A stretch of DNA of 53,628 nt from a virus. Taxonomy: Duplodnaviria > Caudoviricetes. The position numbers were made by a program, and so were the translations under genes. Of this stretch, positions 17,648 through 25,785 are shown in pieces (position 1 is the first letter of the stretch; the number at the start of each line of letters is the position of its first letter). The notes under the pieces are model-generated. The model saw only the letters and a program-made list of their open reading frames with translations, was not told where the DNA came from and made no database searches. The stretch lies in IMG/VR virus record IMGVR_UViG_3300031974_003381, positions 1 to 53,628 of that record. One strand, given 5' to 3'.

Positions 17648-17973
17648 GACACGTCGTTGCGGTCATCCTGACACTGGGCCTCGTGGCGTGCATTTCGCCG
17701 GCGGCACAGGAGCGCCTACGCAAACCTGCGCCAGAGCCTGCGCCTCCGGCCAATCCTGTCGCTGTCGCCGAGGTCAACCTGTTCGCCGGCAGTATCGGGC
17801 TGGCGCGCGCAGCTGCGTTCGTGAAAGCGCTTGAGGCCTGCAACGCGCAGGATCGAAACGTGAGCGTGATCAGTGGATACGAGACACGCGATGACCGCAC
17901 GCATCGATATGAATTGACCTACGAGTGCGTGATCGACACCACTCCGACCGAAAATCCTGTCCAGTTAGACTGA
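17644..17973 (+). CDS. Putative lipoprotein
   Basis: Signal peptide with lipobox LVAC, followed by a Pro-rich linker. Confidence 0.6.
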   Translation: MRHVVAVILTLGLVACISPAAQERLRKPAPEPAPPANPVAVAEVNLFAGSIGLARAAAFVKALEACNAQDRNVSVISGYETRDDRTHRYELTYECVIDTTPTENPVQLD

Positions 17974-17977
17974 CCCT

Positions 17978-18022
17978 TTACGATCGCCTGTTGACATGTT
18001 GCACGATTACGAGTAGACGTAA
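17978..18022 (+). promoter_or_regulatory. Early promoter with palindromic operator
   Basis: TTGACA(17991)-17nt-TAGACG. TTACGA-gtag-ACGTAA at 18007-18022. Upstream TTACGATC at 17978. Confidence 0.65.
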
Positions 18023-18064
18023 TGGATGCAGTGGATGGTCCGCTGCAGTTGCAGGAGAGACAAC

Positions 18065-18301
18065 ATGGTATTTTATCAAACGTACGTGCTGAACGGCGGT
18101 CACATTGACTGGTTCACATCACTGGCTAAGGCGAAGGCCTTTGGCAAGGAGCATGGTGGCGATTATCGCGTGTATCGCTGGGAAACGCATTCTGACATGA
18201 CCACGCAGGAGCTGATCCTGACGCTGTTGCGCGAGGGTCACTTCACGCAGAAGGTAGAGTGCGTGCATGACACTCGTTACAAAGCTGAGGAGGCCTGCTG
18301 A
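18065..18301 (+). CDS. Hypothetical early protein
   Basis: ATG 18065 after an AGGAGA RBS (MVFYQTY...). Confidence 0.65.
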   Translation: MVFYQTYVLNGGHIDWFTSLAKAKAFGKEHGGDYRVYRWETHSDMTTQELILTLLREGHFTQKVECVHDTRYKAEEAC

Positions 18302-18302
18302 C

Positions 18303-18566
18303 ATGAGCTATAAGTTTGCATATTACGCCTCTGCGATCGCGCCTAACGGCGAGGCCGTCGGAAAGAAAACCAACAAGCGGCTGACGCATTGCGTTGTTGG
18401 TCGTAAAGAGTGGCTGTTCGGCGAGCGTCGCATCGTCGGTGTGGACTGGAGGCCAGTCGCATGGTCTACCAGTGTAGAGCGGGCGCAGATCCGCGCTAGC
18501 TCAGCTCGCAGTGGATACGATGAATTGGCCATCGTCGAGGTCGAGCTTTGGAACCTCAATAACTGA
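18303..18566 (+). CDS. Hypothetical early protein
   Basis: ATG 18303 after GAGGAGG (MSYKFAYY...). Confidence 0.65.
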   Translation: MSYKFAYYASAIAPNGEAVGKKTNKRLTHCVVGRKEWLFGERRIVGVDWRPVAWSTSVERAQIRASSARSGYDELAIVEVELWNLNN

Positions 18567-18573
18567 CATTTTC

Positions 18574-18664
18574 GCGGGGGGCTTCGGCCCCCTGCATTTT
18601 TTTTGTTGACACCCCAAAAAATTACGAGTAGTCGTAAGGCATAGCCAAAGGAGAAACAGCTATG
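18574..18664 (+). repeat. Terminator-promoter-operator-RBS cassette, copy 1
   Basis: cUUCGg hairpin plus T8, TTGACA(18606)-17nt-TAGTCG, TTACGAGTAGTCGTAA, AGGAGA..CAGCTATG. Near-identical to 19179-19268. Confidence 0.85.
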
Positions 18665-18868
18665 AACACGTATTACGCACACAACGGTCGCGGCGAATGG
18701 GTCCGGTATTTCTATGACACATCCATCACACTCTGGACTGTGTACCAAGTGACCGCGCCAAACGACGAGGCCGACCAAATTGGAGACGTTGATTACTGCA
18801 TCAAGCAAGACCTCGCGCACACAATCAGAAACATCCTAGAATGCAGAAATCCTACCCAAGTGATTTGA
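18662..18868 (+). CDS. Hypothetical early protein
   Basis: 68 aa; the start is supplied by cassette copy 1. Confidence 0.7.
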   Translation: MNTYYAHNGRGEWVRYFYDTSITLWTVYQVTAPNDEADQIGDVDYCIKQDLAHTIRNILECRNPTQVI

Positions 18869-18944
18869 TAGCCCCGCCAATCGGCCCCTGCCCCGTCGCT
18901 CTTCGAGTGCGGGGTTTCGGGGTGCCAACACAGGAGAACTAACC

Positions 18945-19181
18945 ATGACACAGCCAACCATCAACGACCTGACCATCAAAAAAGTGGACCGAGTAATGGA
19001 GGAGGCAGTATGGCTCGACGACAGTTACATTGGCAGCCTGCTGTATGACTGTCGATCAACCTACATCACCGCATGGCCCAGACATCTGCGATCTGACAAA
19101 TCCAACATATTCTTCTTCAGAAACATGGATCAGGCGAAGCAGTACCTGATTGATGAGCACTTAAAGAACAGGGAGGACTGA
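18945..19181 (+). CDS. Hypothetical early protein
   Basis: 78 aa with an AGGAGA RBS. Confidence 0.7.
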   Translation: MTQPTINDLTIKKVDRVMEEAVWLDDSYIGSLLYDCRSTYITAWPRHLRSDKSNIFFFRNMDQAKQYLIDEHLKNRED

Positions 19182-19268
19182 GGGGGCTTCGGCCCCTTCA
19201 CTTTTTTTGTTGACAGCCTAAAAAATTACGAGTAGTCGTAGGGCATAGCCAGAGGAGAGACAGCTATG
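19179..19268 (+). repeat. Terminator-promoter-operator-RBS cassette, copy 2
   Basis: TGAGGGGG-cTTCGg-CCCCTTCA plus T7, TTGACA(19210)-17nt-TAGTCG, TTACGAGTAGTCGTAG, AGGAGA..CAGCTATG. Confidence 0.85.
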
Positions 19269-20162
19269 ACATATGAATTCATCCACGTACCGCACAGCTT
19301 TAGAGACTTGCTCGCGGGTAAAACGCGCGAGGAGCATGCCCACAATTTTTTGTATGACGCATATGGCAGCGCTGTGGTCAGTGTTAATGACAACGGCGAG
19401 CCTGCTGAGCGGCTCGTTTCGAGTGTCGGCGATCACTTCGAGAAAAACAAGCGCGGCTGGGTTGCATACGCTGGGCAAAAGTGCAGCCGGTGCGGCGGCG
19501 AAGGCGGGTGGAAAGGCTGGCCTAATTGGGTATGCTACCGTTGTGGCGGGGATGGCAAAGATCCCAAACTGTCACGCACTGCGCTCTACACAGCTGATGC
19601 CGCCGAGAAACTGTGCGCACGTCGCAAGGCCAAAGACAACGCCGAGCGCGCCGCTGAGCGCGCACAGGAGGAGCGTGCAGCTGCAGCCCGCGAGGCACGC
19701 ATCGCTGAGCTTGCCAGTGACGAGCGCTACGTCGCTCTGTGCAACCTCAAAGGTAATTTCGCCGCCGACATCCGCGAGCGGCTCGAAGATGGCAAAAACT
19801 GGGACGATCTCAGTGACAAGCAGGTCGCTGCGGTTGATCGCATGATTGCGAAGGTTCAGGCTGCGGCTGACGCGCAGGCCTCTAGCCAGCACATCGGTGC
19901 ACCACGTGAGCGCTTTGCATTCGAGGCGACCGTTGTTGCCAGCCGGCAGATCGGGCACGAACCGTTCTACCCATACGCACCGCGCTACCTGAGCCGCCTC
20001 GTCACCACCGACGGCAATGTGCTGGTCTGGTTCTCTAACAAGCACCTCGAGCGTTTTGTTGACCAGCAGGTTACCGGCAAGGCGACGGTCAAAAAGCACG
20101 ACAGCTACCGCGACACCGCGCAGACCATCGTGACGCGCCTTAAGGTCGACCAAGATGCTTAA
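19266..20162 (+). CDS. Zn-finger plus putative OB-fold protein
   Basis: CSRCGGEGG...CYRCGGDG zinc knuckles. The C-terminal 'IG...ER...GNVLVW...KATVKKH..YRD..QT..TR' segment looks OB-like. Confidence 0.65.
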   Translation: MTYEFIHVPHSFRDLLAGKTREEHAHNFLYDAYGSAVVSVNDNGEPAERLVSSVGDHFEKNKRGWVAYAGQKCSRCGGEGGWKGWPNWVCYRCGGDGKDPKLSRTALYTADAAEKLCARRKAKDNAERAAERAQEERAAAAREARIAELASDERYVALCNLKGNFAADIRERLEDGKNWDDLSDKQVAAVDRMIAKVQAAADAQASSQHIGAPRERFAFEATVVASRQIGHEPFYPYAPRYLSRLVTTDGNVLVWFSNKHLERFVDQQVTGKATVKKHDSYRDTAQTIVTRLKVDQDA

Positions 20163-20904
20163 GGCGCACCAGCGCATCATCCGTGAGGCGAAAGCCGCTG
20201 AGCCGAGCAATGATTTGTTCGGCCAGTGGTGGCCTGCCAATCCAGACATCAAGGATTGCGAGGTGCGCGCTGTCTCGTATGACACAGCCAAGGCCATCAT
20301 CGAAGAGTATGAGTGGCTCGGCAACATGCCGTCGATCACGCTACATGCCTTTGGCGCTTTTTATGATGGCGCCTGCGCTGGTGTCGTCTGCTACTCCCCA
20401 GAGTATTGCGAAAATCTCGGGCGCTGGGATCGGTTTGGGTACACCGGCAAGATCATTCTGCTGTCTCGCGGAGCCTGCGTGCACTGGGCACACCCGCACA
20501 CTGGCAGCCTGCTGATCCGGCGCAGCATGAAGATGCTGCCAACTAAATACAAGGTCGTCACTGGCATGTCCGACATCAGGGCCGGCGAGATAGGCACGAT
20601 CTATCAGGCTTGCGGTTTCGATTATGTCGGAGCCATGCGTGAGCGCAGCGGACTGATCCCGCGACAGGACACAGTCATTGTGAACGGAGAGCAGTTGGCG
20701 CACCGCACATGCAAGCGCAGGTTCGGAACCGCGTCGGTGACAAAGATCCGCGCTATGGGCCACGTCGTCGACACAACGCCGGACATTGACAAGGCAAGGT
20801 ACTTTGGGTTCCGTGGCACCAAGCGCGAAAAGCGGGAGCTACGCAACGCAATCTTAGAGTATATTCAACCGTATCCAAAAAGAGGAGTAACAAATGGATT
20901 ATAG
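20155..20904 (+). CDS. Mom-like (GNAT-fold) DNA-modification protein
   Basis: AKAIIEEYEWLG, ILLSRG, SLLIRRSMKML and SDIRAGEIGTIYQACGFDYVG match the Mu Mom-family 'D...G..G.IYQA.NF.Y.G' motif. Confidence 0.7.
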   Translation: MLKAHQRIIREAKAAEPSNDLFGQWWPANPDIKDCEVRAVSYDTAKAIIEEYEWLGNMPSITLHAFGAFYDGACAGVVCYSPEYCENLGRWDRFGYTGKIILLSRGACVHWAHPHTGSLLIRRSMKMLPTKYKVVTGMSDIRAGEIGTIYQACGFDYVGAMRERSGLIPRQDTVIVNGEQLAHRTCKRRFGTASVTKIRAMGHVVDTTPDIDKARYFGFRGTKREKRELRNAILEYIQPYPKRGVTNGL

Positions 20905-21160
20905 ACAGGTGCTCGACGATCGCATCGCTGAGCTTGAAATCGAATACGCAAACAACGCATCCTTTCTGGACGCATATGAGCGCGTGCAGGAACTGTCCGA
21001 GCAGATACGTCACCAGAAAGAACAGATTGCAGAGATACAGGTCCGCATGGACGAGCCTCCAGCCGACTGGCAGCCTGAGCCACAAGAGCCACAAATGCCT
21101 TCGGAGGAACTCATCGAGGTTCTGTATAACTCTGGCGAGGAACCTGCCGATGACGCCTAA
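20894..21160 (+). CDS. Acidic coiled-coil hypothetical protein
   Basis: 88 aa with an AGAGGAG RBS. Confidence 0.6.
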   Translation: MDYRQVLDDRIAELEIEYANNASFLDAYERVQELSEQIRHQKEQIAEIQVRMDEPPADWQPEPQEPQMPSEELIEVLYNSGEEPADDA

Positions 21161-21527
21161 GCAGGCCGGCTTTACGCGATGCCCAGAGCAGCCACACGAG
21201 TGGGTGCGCTGGGATCGCCATGCCGAATTCGTTTGTCAGACACGCGTGCACAACGAGGCCGGTCACTGGTGGGCCACTATCGTTGTGCGTGAGCCGGTCG
21301 AGGGCATGTTTGCACGCATACGTGAGGTCAACACCTATGGCCCGTTCAACACGCGCACACAGTCGCTGAACAACGCAGTGTCGAACATCCGGTCGACGAT
21401 GGTGCCTGTGGTCAACTACCGCACAGGCGAGACCGTGATGGAAAGCATTGCTACGCCAGAGAAGGGCAGCGTCAGCAGCCCGTTATACTGGCATCAGACG
21501 AGCGATCACCGCGCTATACCTGTCTGA
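21150..21527 (+). CDS. Hypothetical protein, last gene of the rightward block
   Basis: ATG 21150 (MTPKQAGF...) within ORF 20934-21527. Overlaps the convergent gene by 14 bp. Confidence 0.5.
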   Translation: MTPKQAGFTRCPEQPHEWVRWDRHAEFVCQTRVHNEAGHWWATIVVREPVEGMFARIREVNTYGPFNTRTQSLNNAVSNIRSTMVPVVNYRTGETVMESIATPEKGSVSSPLYWHQTSDHRAIPV

Positions 21528-21924
21528 GGTTAAATCCGATCGACCCATTGATCGACGCGTTGCTGTCGCTTGCGTTAAAGATGCTGATCGATCCGGTGAC
21601 GATCGTGCTAAATCCCGTCGTGATCCGCCACTTTAGCGTGTCATTGTTTGTTATGGTGAACGTGTTGCCGGCGCCGCTTGAGGTTAGAATGAATGAGCCA
21701 TTGTTGATGGATCGATACACCGTGACCAGTTGGGAACCAGACAGCGTGTAGTAGAGCGATATCGGTTGGTTGATGTCACTCAGTGTCACGTTTCCGCTGT
21801 CGACGTTAGCCCCGCCATCAAATGTATCGTTGATTGCGCTCCATGTGCCTGTGACAGTCGGCGTAAAGTCTGGCGGCTGGGGTGCGCCCAGTGCAGCCAT
21901 AGCGCCTATCAGGATCGTTGCCAT
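21514..21924 (-). CDS. Tail/fibre-associated beta-rich protein
   Basis: ATG 21924 (MATILIGAMAALG). Ser/Thr/Asn-rich; resembles the C-terminal domain of 43870-46134. Confidence 0.55.
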   Translation of the reverse strand: MATILIGAMAALGAPQPPDFTPTVTGTWSAINDTFDGGANVDSGNVTLSDINQPISLYYTLSGSQLVTVYRSINNGSFILTSSGAGNTFTITNNDTLKWRITTGFSTIVTGSISIFNASDSNASINGSIGFNLRQV

Positions 21925-21926
21925 GC

Positions 21927-22436
21927 TTACTCCGCAAACGTTGTTCGACACTCGACCATAGCCATGCCGTTAGGATGGTCATCAGTCTCTGTGATGTCGA
22001 CAGTAGCATAGATCGCCGGAACCATATTGCTGAAACTGGAAAACATGATCTGTGCCGTTCGACTGTTGGCTGGAGCGCGCAACAGCTGTCCAGTGCAGCC
22101 AAACGTTTTCAGGTGATCAACGAACAGGCCGACCACAATCTCACCGGCGCCATACAGATCAGGATCCTCTATGCGCCTGAACAGCCCCAGCTCATTGATC
22201 CACACGCCGTCAACGATACGACCCAGAGATATGTTGAACACCCCGTGCTGATCGTGCGTCGCAGATGACAACAGCCAAGGCAGACCGATCGCAGCAGCGG
22301 TGACAACTTCAGTCAGGATGCGCTCTCGCTCGCCTGCCGCGTCGGGATACATCAACTCTATCTGATCTAACGTGTCGGCCCACATCGCATCGATGTTGAC
22401 GGTGTTGAGGTTCATAATGCGGTCAATGGTAATCAT
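21927..22436 (-). CDS. Hypothetical protein in the fibre cluster
   Basis: 169 aa with an ATGA overlap. Confidence 0.55.
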   Translation of the reverse strand: MITIDRIMNLNTVNIDAMWADTLDQIELMYPDAAGERERILTEVVTAAAIGLPWLLSSATHDQHGVFNISLGRIVDGVWINELGLFRRIEDPDLYGAGEIVVGLFVDHLKTFGCTGQLLRAPANSRTAQIMFSSFSNMVPAIYATVDITETDDHPNGMAMVECRTTFAE

Positions 22437-22870
22437 GCGCTGAACGTCACTGTCCTATCGTTGCCGACATTGCTGCTCCACTCACTCCACACACTAAACG
22501 CATCCGACGTACTGTTTCCAGACCACGTGTAGGTCGTGTAGTCATTGCCGCTATCATAAACCACATTGGCCGTGCTGGAGCTAAATGTTTTATTGCTGGT
22601 CACGAACAGGGCTGTGCTAAACGGCGCGGATGCAGACGTGTCAGTTTCGAACCTGATGTAGACATAATATGTCGTCGCGGATTTGATCGTGATGGCCAGC
22701 ACAAAAATATCGTGCAGTGTCTCACCGCCGACGTTCGTGTCATCTATCGAGCCGGCGCTGATATATATCCATCCATACGCGTTGCCGCTCTGTCCAATCG
22801 TTACCGTGCGATCTCCGTAGTCGCTTGCGGCTGTAAGCAAAGCAAATCCGAATGCCTTCAGCATGGTCAT
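22433..22870 (-). CDS. Putative fibre-tip/receptor-binding protein
   Basis: ATG 22870 (ATGA overlap). Aromatic- and Ser/Thr-rich, beta-type sequence. Confidence 0.5.
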   Translation of the reverse strand: MTMLKAFGFALLTAASDYGDRTVTIGQSGNAYGWIYISAGSIDDTNVGGETLHDIFVLAITIKSATTYYVYIRFETDTSASAPFSTALFVTSNKTFSSSTANVVYDSGNDYTTYTWSGNSTSDAFSVWSEWSSNVGNDRTVTFSA

Positions 22871-23367
22871 GTGACAGCAGACCCACCAACCACCGCGCTG
22901 GTCGCGCTGGTAAAATACAGACACGCCATTCCGAAGGGTCCAATCGTGCGCGTGCCAGAGGACGTAGCTGCACCCGCCAGACGCAGCGTGGTCAGGCTTG
23001 ACGTCAGCGACTTCGCTGTCGTGGTGTTGTTGACCAGTATGATCATGTCGCCAGCGCTGAAGACGCTGTTCGGGATCGCAATGTTGCCGGTGATCACGAG
23101 GCTTTTGTTGGCGTCGGCGGCAACCAGTGTGCCGCTAGTCCGTGTGCTTTGATCAACCGGCCCAACGAATGCATTGGCTGTCACTGTGGCTGTCACCGTC
23201 AGCGCACCAGACATCGTGTCCCCAGTATCAACGACATAACTGCCCAGATCGCTGATCTGACTTTCAGTTACAGACAGGCTGGTCTGCAGTGCTGATTTGG
23301 TAATCCTGCGCAGGCCGGCGTCTGCGGATCTCTGTGTCAGCAGAAAATCGGTATCCGCAATAGCCAT
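22867..23367 (-). CDS. Short tail-fibre-like protein
   Basis: TESQISDLG and GDTMSGALT fibre motifs. C-terminal domain paralogous to 23369-24160. Confidence 0.65.
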   Translation of the reverse strand: MAIADTDFLLTQRSADAGLRRITKSALQTSLSVTESQISDLGSYVVDTGDTMSGALTVTATVTANAFVGPVDQSTRTSGTLVAADANKSLVITGNIAIPNSVFSAGDMIILVNNTTTAKSLTSSLTTLRLAGAATSSGTRTIGPFGMACLYFTSATSAVVGGSAVT

Positions 23368-23368
23368 G

Positions 23369-24160
23369 TCACGTCACCGCTCCGCCGCCGACAACGCACT
23401 CTGTGGCGCTTCGGAAATAGATAAGGGCCAAGCCATAGCTCGCAACAGTGCGGTTGCCATCGGATGCTGTAGTGCCGTCGAGATGCATGAGCGAAATGCC
23501 TGCGGTGATCTGCAGATTGCTGGTCGTGGTATTGTAGACCAGTATGATGTCGCCTGCGCTGAACACGTTGTTTGGCACCGTGATCGTGCCCGTTGCGTTG
23601 ATCGTGGTGTTGGCGTCGCTCGCGTCCAGCGTACCGCTTGTCTTGCTGTTGTGTTCTGCTGCACCCGAAAAGCTTGCAGCTGTGACCGTTCCTGTCGTCT
23701 CAATGTTGCGCGTGTCAGAAACCAGTGCTGCGTTGTCCAGATTGATAGCGCCTGTAACTGTGACCAGAGCCAGCTTGTCGAACTGCGCCGGCAGCATAAG
23801 GCCTGCGTTGGTTGTTGTGGCAGCTGTCAGTGTCGCGTCCGTGCCCGTGCTACTGACGACCAGCCCATTAGTCGGAGCCGCTGTGTAACTGAGGTTTGTA
23901 ACTGAGGTTCCGCTCTGGCTGATGATCCAGTCCGCTGCACTGGCCGTCCCGCCAGCGATGTAGGTCTGATCATTGAGCGTATCGACATACACCTCGCCGA
24001 TCAGTGAGGGCGTGGTCGATGGCGCGCCGGATCCTGATGTTGCAGTGAGGTATCCGCCGGCAGTTGCCAGACTGGTCTCCAGTGCGCCAAACGTAATGCT
24101 CTTGAGCGAACTGTCTGCGTTCACCTGAACTATAAACAGATCGTTCGTTGTAATGGCCAT
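23369..24160 (-). CDS. Short tail-fibre-like protein
   Basis: SGSGAPSTTP...EVYVDT motif and ATTTNAGLM motif; shares the C-terminal domain with its neighbour. Confidence 0.65.
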   Translation of the reverse strand: MAITTNDLFIVQVNADSSLKSITFGALETSLATAGGYLTATSGSGAPSTTPSLIGEVYVDTLNDQTYIAGGTASAADWIISQSGTSVTNLSYTAAPTNGLVVSSTGTDATLTAATTTNAGLMLPAQFDKLALVTVTGAINLDNAALVSDTRNIETTGTVTAASFSGAAEHNSKTSGTLDASDANTTINATGTITVPNNVFSAGDIILVYNTTTSNLQITAGISLMHLDGTTASDGNRTVASYGLALIYFRSATECVVGGGAVT

Positions 24161-24744
24161 TACGCGTCCTGCAGAGTTGATATGTTGAAGCCTAGCGACT
24201 GACCGCTCAGCGTCAGCAGGCTGTCCGCGTCGCCTGTCGTTGAAATAGTTACGGCTGCATGGCTGGCCGTCTCTAGTGCGTCCAGATCAACGGCCTGTGT
24301 CACGCTGATGTGACCAAGCTTTGTAAAGCCTGCGGGCAGCAGCAGGCCTGCAATAGAGGCAGTAGCAGCTGGCAAGGTAGCATCGCTACCTGTGGACGAT
24401 GTGACTACGCCTTGCGTCGCGCTTGATGTGTAGCCGAGGTTCGTTGTCGTGCCGACATCCAGACCCTCCTGCTCCGCAATCTTAGTGTAGCTCGATCCGT
24501 TCCAACGATAGATTGCCCAACCACTCGACACGGTAGCGTCACCTGATGCGTTGGTCACAAACACTCGATCGCCTACCGACAACGTATTCGTCAGAGAAGT
24601 GGCGTCGCGCGCAGTGATGTCGGCAGCTGTATATTCAACTGTGCCCAACTGGTCCTGCATATACGTGACCATGTCTGACAACGTGGTTTTCTTTAGGGTC
24701 GCCCCTTGCTGAACGAGCATGTAATCGGTGCCGCCTAATGCCAT
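24160..24744 (-). CDS. Short tail-fibre-like protein
   Basis: ADITARDA...GDRVFV..ASGD.TV.SGWAIYRW and ATASIAGLL fibre motifs. Confidence 0.65.
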   Translation of the reverse strand: MALGGTDYMLVQQGATLKKTTLSDMVTYMQDQLGTVEYTAADITARDATSLTNTLSVGDRVFVTNASGDATVSSGWAIYRWNGSSYTKIAEQEGLDVGTTTNLGYTSSATQGVVTSSTGSDATLPAATASIAGLLLPAGFTKLGHISVTQAVDLDALETASHAAVTISTTGDADSLLTLSGQSLGFNISTLQDA

Positions 24745-24753
24745 GCTGTTCTC

Positions 24754-25560
24754 CTATACGCTATCTAGTTCTGCGATGTCGACGCTGATAACAGCGCCAG
24801 TGATGTTGATGCCAGCTCCACCCAAGTAGGTTGTGCCGCCACCGCCACCGCCGCCTTGCGCCACTGTGATGATGCTGTCGATGTTTTCTGCCACTGTGCC
24901 AATGTTGTCAGCACCAACCAGATCACCAGCAACAACGCCAATAGTGTCAGCTCCCGACAGGTCCGCTGCTACCGTCTCGATGTCTGCAATGTTTGCTGCG
25001 ACCAGCGCAACATCTGTCGTCAATGTGCTTGCATCGATGGTTGACCAAGATGGACTGGCAGCGGTGCCAGTGAGGTACGGTATCTTGTTCAGCGCAATGT
25101 CGACGGTCAGGCCATCTGTTGGCAGCTCGTCCAGTTCAAAGTTGACGATGCGCACACTGTTGTTGATCTGACGCTGGAGGTCTTGGACCTGTCGGACGAT
25201 GTGATCATACGCGTCCTCAATCGAGGACGCACTGAAACTGCCACCTGTTGTGAACGCAGTCTCCTGATCCAGCGGTGTCGATCGATACACGAACAGACGC
25301 TGATTGGTTGTCAGCGCTGTTTGCGCAGGCGTCAGCAGCGTTACCGTTCCACTGCTCGGTCCGCCGGCAATGCTGTAGTCAACGTTCTCAACTAGCAGCT
25401 CTGGAACCAGATCGGTGACGGTGTCATACCGCAGCACGACGATCTCAGCACTGTCCGCAAAGTAAATTGGGACAGTGCTTTTGATCAGGCTGAACGGACC
25501 TAGTGTCCCCTCTGCGGTGCCTGCAAACGAGATCTGTGACGTGACTGCGGTCGTGGTCAT
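24754..25560 (-). CDS. Tail fibre attachment protein (T7 gp17 N-terminal-like)
   Basis: LVENVDYSIAG...GTVTL...VYRSTPLDQ...FSASSIEDAYD..VRQVQ is the adaptor-domain pattern, followed by short I.TVA repeats. Confidence 0.75.
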   Translation of the reverse strand: MTTTAVTSQISFAGTAEGTLGPFSLIKSTVPIYFADSAEIVVLRYDTVTDLVPELLVENVDYSIAGGPSSGTVTLLTPAQTALTTNQRLFVYRSTPLDQETAFTTGGSFSASSIEDAYDHIVRQVQDLQRQINNSVRIVNFELDELPTDGLTVDIALNKIPYLTGTAASPSWSTIDASTLTTDVALVAANIADIETVAADLSGADTIGVVAGDLVGADNIGTVAENIDSIITVAQGGGGGGGTTYLGGAGINITGAVISVDIAELDSV

Positions 25561-25785
25561 CTATCTATATTCTGGCGGTGTTGGCTTTTTCAGGTTCGCG
25601 CGACGCCGGTTCAGGCTGCCGTTCGCGTACAGTGATCCGACAACGGCTGCGATGATCAGGCCAATGTTGGGAATGCCAAACATGCCCATCAGGATCCACA
25701 CACCCATGCCGACCAGAAAACCCAGTCCGGCGCTCTCGATTGCGTCCGCCGAGATCGACGTGACTTTGCTTAGCCAGTTAGCCAT
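25561..25785 (-). CDS. Small 2-TM membrane protein, holin candidate
   Basis: 74 aa, two hydrophobic helices, basic C-tail, located in the lysis cassette. Confidence 0.5.
   Translation of the reverse strand: MANWLSKVTSISADAIESAGLGFLVGMGVWILMGMFGIPNIGLIIAAVVGSLYANGSLNRRRANLKKPTPPEYR

Noticed and set aside
17978-19268. CRISPR array or integron attC array
   Set aside because: Only two or three long units, separated by whole genes. The units are explained by terminator, promoter and RBS, and no cas or integrase gene is present.
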